Positions 26,092 through 37,484 of a stretch of DNA of 64,000 bases are shown here, piece after piece. How positions within the stretch are numbered: the stretch's first letter is position 1; the number at the start of each line of letters is the position of its first letter. This DNA comes from Antechinus flavipes (taxonomy: Eukaryota), in NCBI RefSeq assembly GCF_016432865.1, contig NC_067399.1:501022001-501086000 (forward strand). Direction: 5' to 3'. A program made the position numbers and the translations under genes. The notes under the pieces are model-generated. The model ran no database searches. It worked only from the letters and a program-made list of their open reading frames with translations, and was not told where the DNA came from.

Positions 26092-26743
26092 TGTGAGAAA
26101 TGCTGAAATGTTGGGTTTCCACAGTGTTGCAAACTTTGAGGTAGTGTGCGATTGGGATAGTGGGTATACCATACCAAGAGCTATGAGAGGTTAAGGAAGA
26201 TTAGGATTCACAAAACAATTAAGTGATCAATACATGCCGTGAGCACACAAGAAATTGAAGAACTAAGAAGGCGCAGGTAGATTCAACCAATCAGAAAGAG
26301 TCTTATAGTTTTGAGAAAACCACAAATTTAAGATAACTCCAAACTAGTTGAGATCAGTGACCTGATAACCAAATCACTACTGTGCCTGCTAATAGCTAAT
26401 TGAATATTAAATAACACACCCCAGAGGAGGAGTTTTCCGGCATTTTTGAACATGGGATATATGATGGGGGGGGGGTATGTTTTATACATGTTAAGGGGAA
26501 ACATGTAGTAGGCATATCAGAAAGACTGTAACGTGGATAAAAGGGACCAATCCGTTCTCTGAAGGGAGAAGCTGCACCACAGGAACAAGTATAAAGGTTG
26601 CCCCATTTCTGTACTTGCTGCTCCCTCTTCCCAAAGAAGAGTGGGGCCCACTTCTGGCCAGAAATGTTAAGATGATTCTTTAAGATTCTTCTTTAATTTT
26701 CCTTGATATCTAATTTTCAGTGTAAAGAGTGTTACTCCTAACA
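26092..26743 (+). mobile_element. Solo ERV LTR, 652 bp
   Basis: TGTGAG...CTAACA termini, 4-bp TSD AGTT at 26088-26091 and 26744-26747. Strand is tentative. Confidence 0.75.
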
Positions 26744-28579
26744 AGTTTATAGTAAATTCAGACTCATTTCTTCTAAGACCAATGTTCTTTTGAGACTGAA
26801 TATATCTTCCTCTTCAAAGTACTGGGTCTTCCTCATATTTTAATCTTCCCAAGGATATGTAATTTATCATTGTGAGCACTGTTCTCATCAGTGCAGATCA
26901 TAAGCCAAATATCTATAAGCAAAAAAAAATTCATCTGGTGGCTGTTGATTGGCCTTTCCATACATAGCTAGGCTGTTTCTCAGAAGAGAAATCTTTTTTC
27001 TGTAATCATTTTTGGGCTGATATTTGAAATCTTTCCAGATTGATAGTTGCTGATAAAGCTTGTAATTAGCTTTCATAGTTGACCTTAATAAATATTCATT
27101 GATTTAAGTAAAATTAAATCATAAACATCAAACTGGGATTCCATTGCAATGATGTAAAGAAAGAGCTCTGGACTCAAGAGTCAGGAGGTCTGTATTCTAA
27201 TCCAAGTTCAGCCAACTCATAAATGTTGGTATTTTTCTTTATTTCCTTGGTTGCCATAAACAAAATATTTATCACCTAGTGGCAAGTTAGGACCATTTTT
27301 TAGGGTGGTCCTTGGAAAAGTGTTTGTCACTGAGACTATGCTTGAAACTTTTTTTTTTAAAGCATTATATTACTTGTTTTGGAGGACACTCCTGAGCACC
27401 CAAGGTTGCTTCCTTGAACCAAAGTCCTGGTACTTTAAGCTAGATACACTTAGGATCTTGGAACCTAGAGTTGGAGGAAATCTTAAAGATCGTTAAGTCC
27501 ATCCCCTTCATTTTACTCAGAATGAAAATGGTATAAGGAAAGAGATGAATTATAATTCTTCATTCACTGTAGTCTGAGGGTTCAAGGCATTTACTAGCAC
27601 ATTTTAGAATTGGATGTGACCATAATGAATATCTGACCCAATCTCATTTTTTTTTTTTTTTTGATGAGGAAAGCACTTGAGAAGCACCTTGAAGGAGAGA
27701 TTCTCCTTGAACCCTGCCTCTGTGACACCCACCCCAGAGATTCAAAACAAAATGGTTTATCTTGGTGGGACTTGTAGAAGTAATCTCATTTTATAATTGA
27801 GGCCTTGGCTACAAACTGGGGTTAGAATCTCTCTCCAGACTCAACTAGCCCCACCTAGATAATAGAATGAAGCTGATTCTGTTGTCTTGATTCCCTGGGG
27901 AGGGTCTCACAGAGGCAGGATTCAAGGAGAATCTCTCCTTCAAGGAGCTTCTCAAATGTACCTCTCCTTATTTTTACATTTAAGGATAGACATCATCAGC
28001 AATGGCCTTGCCACTGCTCAGTCGGATTTCTTCCAATATTAGCATTCCTCTAACATAATATCCAAAAAAACAACCTGGGCTTCTCCCTAACTGAAAGTCT
28101 TCAAACAAAGGTCACTTGACCTTGGGTAATTTTGTCTAGTGCAAGATTAAAATAGGAGACATGTAAGGTTCCTTTCAACTCAGATTCTGTGATCACTAGG
28201 CCTCGTTCTCAATTTTCTTGAGTTTCCAAGCTTGTTTTGTGACCATGGATAGGGCAAGGTATACAAAGTTCTTCATATCCATTGCCTCAATTGATCTTCA
28301 CAACTTCCTGTGAGAGAAGGGGCAGCATCTATCCCTCCCTCTGCTTTTTACACAGAAAGCAAATTTCTCTTCCACGTGGTAAATTCTGAGAATTCAAACC
28401 CCAGTCTTCTTGACTTTAAGTCACAAGTTTAAGGCCAGAGCAAGGCTGTAGGGCGGTGATCGGCATTCTACCCAAAAGGAAACTGAGGCCCAAATTAGTG
28501 CAGAACCTATACAGTTCCCAGTCTCACCCTTCTGGTTCCTCCCCAAATTAAATCATTTCCCTAATTTAATCGCTTTATG

Positions 28580-29500
28580 TCACGAGTAGTAAGCAGATGA
28601 CGTGGGATTTAGGGGTTCTACCCAAAGCCCTACTACGCGGGGCTTCCGCGCACAATCACGGCGCTCTGGCTGCCCCGCCGGTATCTCGGGGACGCTCCCA
28701 GGTGCATAAGCGCCTGTCCCTAGCCCCGAAGGAAGGAGACAGAAGGAAGACCAGCCCGGTCCTAGAAAAGCCGCTGTTCGGCTTCCGGACATGTGAGGTT
28801 GGACGGCAGGAAGGCTTGGTGGGCTGGACGTCTGGGCGAAGACATCAGGAAGCCATGCTACTCCCAATCCCGCACTTCCGCCCAGATGGTCGTCGCATGC
28901 CCCTCACAAAAATGGCGGAATCTAGGAGAAAAATTGTCTCCTCCTCCGCTCCAAACAAAAATGGCGTCACAGGAGGAGGGTCTCACGCGCCTTTTGGGAC
29001 TAGCGGAAGTGACGCGGAGAGCAGAAGCCCGGCTCATGGAGCCCGGGCTGCAGGGCGTGCTGAGCGAGGTCGCGATGGGACGGCTCCGGCGGCCGATTCT
29101 CCCACCGTTGCCACCGCTGCTTCTGTTGCTGCTGTTGTTCATGGCTCCGGCGGCCGAGCCGTTCGAGCCCATCAGCGTGGGCATCGCCATCGGCGCCGCC
29201 TCGGCCCTCACTGGCTACCTCTCCTACCCAGACTTCTACTGTCGCTTCGTAGAGTGCTGCCGCGAGGAGCAGCCGCTCAACGCCTCGGGTAGCGGGCTGT
29301 GGCCGGGCTGGGAGTCGGGGAGGCTGGAGAACGGAGGGGTTGTGCCGAGGCGAGGCGGCGTGCGCGTGCGGGGAGATCCCGGACCGCCACGATTGCAGTA
29401 TGGGGGGGCGGAGGCAGCTGCCAGGCAGAATTCGGGGTGTGATGGACCGTGCAGCAAATGGGGGCAGGGACGAGATCGCAGCCCCCGGTGAGGGTCAATG
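28580..29500 (+). promoter_or_regulatory. TOR1B: TOR1B CpG-island promoter
   Basis: CpG-dense; ETS CACTTCCG 28873-28880, YY1-type AAAATGGCG 28909 and 28958, ETS-CRE composite GCGGAAGTGACG 29003-29014. Confidence 0.85.
29075..29288 (+). CDS. TOR1B: TOR1B coding exon 1 (signal peptide, hydrophobic N-terminal domain)
   Basis: GCGATGG Kozak at 29075; [11 protein letters not shown]...[11 protein letters not shown]; phase-1 donor G|GTAGCG. In-frame upstream ATGs at 28961 and 29036 make the start slightly uncertain. Confidence 0.9.
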
Positions 29501-32500
29501 GGACTGGGAGGACACTAAAGCGACTCTTGGGTGGTTCGAGCGCCGAAGGAGTGGATTATCTCCGTCAGGAAGAGGAAAGGGCGATGGGGAGAAATGCACC
29601 TCTTAAAACAAGTGAAGATAGTGGATTGAATTAAATTAGGAAAGTCACTTAGTTTGGGGAGGAACTAAGAGGGGAATGACTTGGAACTCTTGGACTAGAA
29701 AGCCGGAGTGGTAGTTTTTAATCTGCACCTAATCCATCATGTTCTTATCCCAGTTTGACACTTGGCTTTAAGTTGCAGATTGCAGAAGTGTTGGCTGGTA
29801 ATACCTTAACTGATGAGAACTCAGATAAGACCTTAAATTCTACACGTCAAAAGAAACTAAAATGATAGCACTTGGGAGTGATAATTGTTTTATGTTCTCT
29901 TCCCTTAGCTTCTTCCTTAAATGCTAGTCTTGGTAAACTTTTGGAATAAGAATCCTGTTGAATCTGGTAGAAAAAGAACAGTTGCACTTGGTTTCTTTCT
30001 AGGGGATATAGAAGAGGCTTAATTGGGGCAGAGAATTTTCTTAATTCTAAGAAAAGAAACTGGGAAGAAAGTAGTGATACATTTGAGTGCTGTGTCTTAG
30101 GATGAAACTGGCTAATATGAATGAAGATATATGAAAAAACACTTTACAGAAAGTGGAGATACAATCAGAGTGGCTTTATTTAGCATGCATAATTGGGCTT
30201 TATCTATGGGGTGTATCAGAAACCCTTCAAAATTTTTTGATCACTAACCTTAGCCAAGAATCCCAAGTTAGCAGAGCTAATTGTCATCATCCTGTTGTGT
30301 TTTTAATGTGTGTGTATCTTTTTTTTTTTTTTTTTTTTCTGGGGTGGTTCATTCAGCACTAAAGTTAGATTTAGAAGAGAAACTGTTTGGACAGCACCTG
30401 GCTAGAGAGGTGATTCTCAAAGCATTGACTGGCTTCAGGAACAACAAGAATCCAAAGAAACCTCTAACTCTCTCTTTACATGGATGGGCTGGCACAGGCA
30501 AGAACTTTGTCAGTCAGATTGTGGCTGAAAGCCTTCACCCCAAAGGACTCAAGAGTAACTTTGTCCACCTGTTTGTTTCCACTCTGCATTTCCCGCATGA
30601 ACAGGAGATAAAATTGTATCAGGTAAAAGAATTGATTGTTTTCTGATCCATATATGCACGAAATTTAATCTTGGCGATCTGCTAACTCATACTTCTTCAC
30701 TGAAGTTCCCCTGATTTCCTTTGAGATTTGCATTTTCTAGCTGTATAATGAAACACTTTTTTAAAATAATTTTTTGTCCCTGGTCCTCTTGTGTTCCTTT
30801 CTTTTCTCTTTATGGAACTAATTTGGGTAAAAGTGAACCTTAAAGGTCCCACTCACCTACCCCTTTTCCATTTCATTTCTTTGAAAGTGTTCATTAGGCT
30901 CAATTTTAAAGTGTGTGTTCATGTTTTCCTATGAGCAGAAATTAACTTCCCAGTAGAGTTAAGGATTATGCCCCTTTGGTTGAGTTCTTGTTTCTAAGAA
31001 ATAGAAACTTAACCAAACAAGGAAGTGCAGTTAAAAAGTCTGGTTATCACAATAACCTTTAAAAAATGGAAACCAAAATAATATAAGAATTTGGAAAAGA
31101 AAACTGTTCTTCCAGATCTTTTCCTGATATTGGTGGATTAGCAAAAGTAAGTGAATGTGTCTTTTGAAATGTTATCCTATTTCATTTAAGAGAATAAAGA
31201 TAGGACTTTTAACTTTGTCTTTTACTCAATGGCCTCAAAGTAAGTAAATGTTAACTTAGCCATTTCATAAGATATTATCTCCTTCAGCCTGTGAATCTGT
31301 AAAAAGTTACCTTTGTGACTTTCAGCAAGTCATTTTAATTCTCTGGGCCTCAGTTTCTCAATTTTTAAAATAAAAAGATTAGACAAAGTGACATATGGTA
31401 TTTCATCTTTAAATCATGGGATCCTTTATTAAAGTCATACCTATTTATTCATGTAGGCTTGTTGCTCACTGGGAATTTTTGTTTCTATATGAAATCTTAA
31501 AATTATGAGTTAGAACCTAGAATTGATTTCTCCCTAATGGTGAAAATTTTTAAATGGATTTTTTCTTCATCATGAGTTCAAATCTGTCCTCAGATGCTTC
31601 CTGGCTCTGTAACTCTGGGCAAGCCACTTAACCCAGTTTGCCTCAGTTTCCTTAATTGTAAAATGAGTTGAAGGATGAGATGGCAAAGCACTCAAATGTC
31701 TTTGCCAAAAAAGTCCTAAATAGGGTCATGAAGAGTCGGACACAAATGAAAAACAACTGAATAACATCAAATTTCCTCTAATATAGTTCCCTTCTAGATT
31801 TCTTGAAAGGTACATTCAGAGTGGTTTTAGTGAATAAATTGCCATGCTCTTGAATTTAATCAATGAAAGTGTGTAAAACACAGTATGATTGATTTATCTT
31901 TTCAAACTGAATATAGAGCAAAAGGCTTATAAATGGTTTTTTTCCAGGAAAAAAAAAGTTTGTATTTGTACTGAACTTGTAGTCAGGATTGACCTGGATT
32001 TAGAACCAACTTTTTCTGATATCTAGCTCTGTAACCTTAAACAATAATGCAATGTGCTGTGGATAGAGCACGGGCCCTGGAATCAGGAGAAACTGAGTTC
32101 AAATTCAGCCTCAAACTTTTAATACTTCCTAGCTGTATAGTCCTGGACTGTGGTGTTCTTGTTCTTCTTTTAAAATAATATAAGAAGGTTCTCTCTGGGG
32201 GAGAGAGCAGATTTCTTGGGGGAGGTTTTTCTGGAGGTAGTCTTAATATCAGTTCAGATCAATAATCACCCCAAATGCAGCCAGCTGGTAAAAATATAAA
32301 CGTTTATTTCTCCTTCCAAGTCTTGTCTCTTTTCTTGGGCCCGAATTGCTAGATTCTTAGAGGCCTATCTCTCTGCTTGGTTCCAAGAGCTCCCTCTGAA
32401 TGTCTCCAAATACAAAGGTTTGATCTTCAGCCTCTGCCTCTGCTTTCTTCAGTCTCCAGCCAGCTCTACTCTTCATGTAATTCCGCTGAAATCTGTCCAA

Positions 32501-35500
32501 GAGCCTCTGTCTGTTTCTTTTATACGAGAGAGGAATTGTGGGATACGAGAGAGAGGGATTATGGTTTTCTCCCATAGTCCTCTCTGGCCCCAAGAGCTTC
32601 AAGGGAGGTATGAATTCACAAAGTTACAAAGTTTACTTTGTGAATCTCCCATACTTGTGAACTCCAATGAGTAAAGGTGTAAACAGAAGCATTGTATCAA
32701 TTAGTTCTACTTAGTATCTTGTTTCAAGTTCTGGCCCAAAACATCTTCTTGTAAGATCAGATCAATAATCTATCAACTCTAATGAGTTAGCAGTTTGTAA
32801 AGATTCCAACACTGGACAAGTCACTTAAGCCCAACTGCCTTGCAAAACCAAACAAATAAATAACGCACTGATCCAAACCTCAGTTTTCACATCCATTATG
32901 CTAGAGATGGGAAGAATAATGCTTATATTACTTACCTCAGAGTGTCAAATGTAATAAATGTATGTGAAGCACTTTGTTAATCTTTCAGGCACAGCACAAG
33001 AGAGGCCTCCTCCAAGGAACCAAATATGCAGGTTTTAAATCAAGAAGTGCATTCAGATCTATTGCTTATTAACTTGTCTTCAACAAGTCACCTAACTAAC
33101 CTCTTTGAACCCTTATTTTCCATCTGTAATATGAGATAATGGCACCTTTAGTATTTGCTTTCTATCAGTTGTGAAGTCTTTATGAAGTAATCTATTAAAA
33201 TACTTTAAAAAGCTTAAAGTTCCATAGAAATGAGAGATCTCGATGGTAAGAATCAAGAATGCTCTTCCTTCTTAGTCACACTGCTTTCAGCCCATTCCCA
33301 TTCCCTCTGCTCTTCACTTCCTATGCAGGGTTTCATATTTCCTTTTTGTTCTTCGTATAGGAGCAGCTGCAGAAGTGGATTCGGGGCAACGTGAGTGCAT
33401 GTGCAAGATCTGTTTTCATATTTGATGAAATGGATAAATTACACCGTGGGCTCATTGATTCCATCAAGCCATTTCTAGACTACTATGAGCAAGTTGATGG
33501 AATCTCTTATCGGAAAGCCATCTTTATCTTCCTCAGGTTAGGATGTGGTGGAGAAATTTGCCTTGTTCTTTTGATGGGTAATACAGTACTTAGCTGTAAG
33601 GAAGGCTTCTGAACTTTTTTCCCTTTATTCCATAAATGCTGAAATCCTAGTCCTCAGTCTGGTCCACGTTCAATTTTATATCAACAGTCTATGAGAGAAG
33701 ATTGAATCGATTAAACTGGAAACCCTCTTTGTGTCTGTTATGGTGTGGGGTATGGGAAATAGAATATCATAGAACAGTAGACTTAGTGGTGGAAGATAAC
33801 TCTGATCTTCAAGTCCAGCTTCATTTTACAAATAAAAAAAAACAGGCCCAGAGAGAGGTAAGGACTTGCCCAGGGTCAGAATGTTAGCAGAGCTAACATT
33901 TGAACTACAGCCTCTTACTACAGGATCCAGTGCTTTTTCTTAGGATCAGGCTTGTATAACATTTCAATGGAGTTTTGTTATAATGTATTAATATATTGTA
34001 AATATTAGCATTATGATGAAGGGGTTCGGGATATTTACCCACAAAAGAATCTAACATGCAGATAAAATAGTGATTATTTACATATAGAAGGTTGTGTGGC
34101 AAGGAAGGGGTAGGTAGGGAAGTGTGTATGGAGCATTTTTGTCTCTTGCTTTACCAAAGGCCTTGAAGTAGAATTCCTGAATGTACACATCCTGCTTCAT
34201 CAATACAATAACAGTATGACTTGATACACATCCATCAGATTGACAGTTTGTCAGAGTACAACAAAAAATTATGTTGAAGAGAAAATTTCAACTTTGACAC
34301 TTGATAGAATCAAGCCTTGAATAAATTTTACAATCTGAGCCTGACAGCTGTGCTTCCTAATATCTTGGCCATATGTACTAAACCAGTGAATTTAAGTACA
34401 AAACTGCCCAGTCAGTTATTAAATATCAAGTTTTGTTAATAGGCATTTATGAAAAGCCTACCTGTACAAATTGCCATTAATGGTTAATAAATTAAAGATA
34501 ATCTCTATAATATAATAGTCACAAAAATGGAGAGTAATCTTTGTAGAGACCGAGGCTTTCACAGCATCCAGTAGAAGACCATACATATATTAATAGCTTA
34601 GTAAATGTTTGTGATTGAAAAATAGCAGAATAGTGGAGGAAGGCATCATTCTAAACTTTTAACTGTTTTATCTTGGGTTCTAAAAATAACATTAAGCTTT
34701 TCTTCTTCACCCTCCCTTCTCTTCTCAAAACTCAGCAATGCGGGAGGTGATCTTATAACCAGAATGGCCCTTGATTTTTGGAGGGCAGGAAAAAAGAGAG
34801 AAGACATTCAGCTCAAAGATTTGGAGCCTGTGCTATCTCTAGGAGTCTTCAATAATAAAAACAGTAAGTATGCATAGCAGTTTCCTTGACTTGGCCAAAA
34901 GTCTTCTCTTGACATGAATTTTTTTTTTTTAATATGAAATTCTATTGTTGGACTTGGTTTGATTATTTGCTCTTCCCCTACCTGAAGCTGGATCAACATC
35001 CTTTTTATCCATTGATACAGTCAACATTTATTGAAAGCCATTAGACACTAACTCTTTTGCAGGTAACATCATTAGTAGTCAGATTCCATTGTTTTGCTAA
35101 AGAGTATTTAAGATAATGAATATTTCAGTGGCATAAGGAATTGCCAGGAAATTCTCTTACCAATGTAGGCTGGTATTTCCTGTAACCCATTGTCATAGAA
35201 AATTTAGATTCTGAGAATGTCAAAGCTGGGACTTAAATCCAGTTTTTCTTGTCTTTAAGGTAATCTCTTTACCCATTCCTCTGCCCCCCTTGGAGATTAT
35301 TTACCTTCATTACCTTTATCTTACATCATTGTCTCATTAATTATTATGTAAAGCTGTCAAGCAGAGAAAAAGTGCTGAAAGGTCCTACCAAGATGGAAAT
35401 AGAAAACGGTCCTAATGATGAACTGAGTCTCTTATTATATCCAGCCAAAATAAATTTGAAATGGATCCTCAACAATTTGGTCAAAGAATGCTGATTTTTC

Positions 35501-35925
35501 CACTGCAACAAAACTTAAAGATTGTAATACTAAGTTATAGAGAAAAATATTGTTATTCTTTTTCACACTGTTAAAATTACTGGTCTTTGTGACATTGAAG
35601 AAGTATTTAAAAGAGATCAACCACAAGTTGAATATCATTTCTCCTTAGACTTTTATCTAACTCAACTGTGATTTGTTTTATAGGTGGCTTGTGGCACACT
35701 AGTCTGATAGACAAGAGCCTCATTGATTATTTTGTTCCATTTCTGCCCTTGGAATACAGACATGTGAAAATGTGTGTGAGGGCAGAGATGAAATCAAGGG
35801 GTTTTGCTATAGATGAAGAAGTTGTTACAAGAGTGGCAGATGAAATGACATTTTTCCCAAAAGAAGAGAAAATCTATTCTGATAAGGGCTGCAAGACGGT
35901 TCAGACAAGGCTGGATTTTCACTGA
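29075..35925 (+). CDS. TOR1B: Torsin-1B (ER-lumenal AAA+ ATPase), 5 coding exons, 341 aa
   Basis: Exons 29075-29288, 30357-30622, 33361-33536, 34736-34863, 35684-35925 (214+266+176+128+242=1026 nt) join in frame with GT-AG introns. Signal peptide, [22 protein letters not shown], torsin Walker A GWAGTGKN, Walker B IFDEMD, sensor-1 FLSN, sensor-2 GCK, C-terminus RLDFH match TOR1B. Confidence 0.97.
30357..30622 (+). CDS. TOR1B: TOR1B exon 2 (Walker A)
   Basis: ttcag| acceptor, [15 protein letters not shown]...IKLYQ, CAG|GTAAAA donor, 266 nt. Confidence 0.97.
32149..32811 (-). mobile_element. Solo LTR (663 bp, 6-bp TSD, ERV2/beta-like) inside a SINE in TOR1B intron 2
   Basis: TG...CA termini, TSD CTGGAC 32143-32148 and 32812-32817; TATAAAA and AATAAA on minus; SINE halves at about 32050-32148 and 32812-32860. 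Confidence 0.88.
33361..33536 (+). CDS. TOR1B: TOR1B exon 3 (Walker B)
   Basis: gtatag| acceptor, [14 protein letters not shown]...AIFIFL, AG|GTTAGG donor, 176 nt. Confidence 0.97.
34736..34863 (+). CDS. TOR1B: TOR1B exon 4
   Basis: ctcag| acceptor, [23 protein letters not shown]...FNNKN, A|GTAAGT donor, 128 nt; missed by the ORF track. Confidence 0.96.
35684..35925 (+). CDS. TOR1B: TOR1B exon 5 (sensor-2, stop)
   Basis: ttatag| acceptor, [10 protein letters not shown]...[18 protein letters not shown]. Confidence 0.97.
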
Positions 35926-37478
35926 GCTTTTTACTGTGAGAGGCAACCAGAAGATGCAGGTCTTGCTGTTCTGAAGCACTTTTTGAAGACCCTTTTTAGG
36001 AATCTGCACATTTGCACTTACTGACTTTTGGGAAAATAACTTTCTAAGAAGAGTGGATTTTAAAAACATATCACTAAAAAACTGCAGCCTAACTGATAGT
36101 TTTCAGTTGAAGATGGTACTTGAAAAATTCCACTCAAGCTTGTCATCCCTAACTGCCTTAAGTGGCCTTTACAACTATTTGTGTTTGTAATTATTGCTGA
36201 CTCATAACGTCTGCTATGCATCAGAATGACTGTCTTAACTGAAGGGAGTTCCTTGGGGCTGGCCCTAATGTTTCCACGTAATATTAGGTGTTCATCGGAA
36301 AAATTATAGATTGGATTATTCTGTTTACTTTCTGCTCATTACACGTAGAACACTTATAACTTCTGGGAATGGTCATTTAAAATCTAGAGCACTCCGCAAC
36401 TACAAAGGATACTAGGTGAGAGTATATGACCACATGTGTTCTTGAACTTGAAGAATTGTGCCATTGAGGAAACTTATCTTATTCTACAATCAGCCCATGT
36501 TTCCAAAGTGGAGGATAGAATCTCTTTGACCTTTTAGTCTGTCTATTCCTCCTCCTATGGTGACGTGGAGCACTGAGGTCATCTAATATAAACAACCCCT
36601 ATTGATTGATTCAGTGTCCAGATCACAATGCTCTCACACACTTTTTCTGGTCAGAAAACTGCATTGTACCTCTAAACTTCAGCCTCATGTCTCTGAAATA
36701 CATCTCCAAACTCTGGTACCAAATTCAAATTGCTTTGGGTGATTGGGTCACTAGTTCTAGTAGTCAAACACTTCTGCCTGTTACAGCTTATATAACAGTC
36801 AATCTTGGAATTTGGTCCCTGCAACTCTAGTATGAAATCCACAGGATTTGTAAATTAATAATGAATGACTCATACCTTGTATGAACATGCAAGTGACTCA
36901 TGTCACTGAAAGGTTATTATGTCATAACTAGTATTTTCAAAGATATATTTTTGATAGTTCTGATATATGAAAGGTGTGAAAAACTATTTGATATAAGGAA
37001 AAATATAGAATGGAGTTAAAATTTATCCCTTTCTTCATACGGACTCTTACACTCAAGTGTAGTTTGAATTCCCATTACAAACTTTATAGTAATGTGAGTG
37101 AAAATTAAGATCTGATATGGTGGCTAGTTATAGTCTGCCTTGCCATGGGAACCTGAATAATATCAATTCCCCTACATGGACTGACTTAGTTGCCTCTTTG
37201 AGGGAAGTAAGAGTTTTTTTATTCCATGTGGGAACTATAGTTGCAGTGCAACTAGTTAATTGTGCAGCCTTTTTATACATAAAGTTAAGAGAATGAATAT
37301 TTTTGTAATATGTTAAACATTAGAAAAATTTTAAAGCACCAAATGAGTCTTTTAATAAAATTCCCCCAGGATGGCACTTTCTATATTTTTAATATACATT
37401 CTCAAATTGGAATAATTAGCTTTTTTTTTTATCACCTTGTGGGTAGTTGGTCTTATGGTGACCTGTTTATTCTGTTGC

Positions 37479-37484
37479 AATAAA
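37479..37484 (+). terminator. TOR1B: Candidate TOR1B polyadenylation signal
   Basis: AATAAA followed by a GU-rich tract (ctttggactgttgtttctg); other AATAAA copies nearby, so not unique. Confidence 0.4.

Noticed and set aside
27662-27672. TGATGAGG as an LTR 5' end that would make 27662-27998 a MITE with long TIRs
   Set aside because: It fits the preceding MIR motif (ctcatttt...gatgaggaaa) and there is no TSD; only the 71-bp inverted arms were kept.
28470-28495. ISRE-like AAAGGAAACTG upstream of TOR1B
   Set aside because: Part of the common MIR core gaggaaactgaggccca; not a consensus ISRE.
28597-29634. 231-aa and other ORFs over the TOR1B island
   Set aside because: GC-island artefacts; only the frame containing the torsin N-terminus is supported, and it splices at 29288.
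35412-35497. Possible C/D snoRNA in TOR1B intron 4 (ATGATGA 35415, CTGA 35491)
   Set aside because: No terminal stem, no recognisable rRNA/snRNA guide, no convincing C'/D' boxes.
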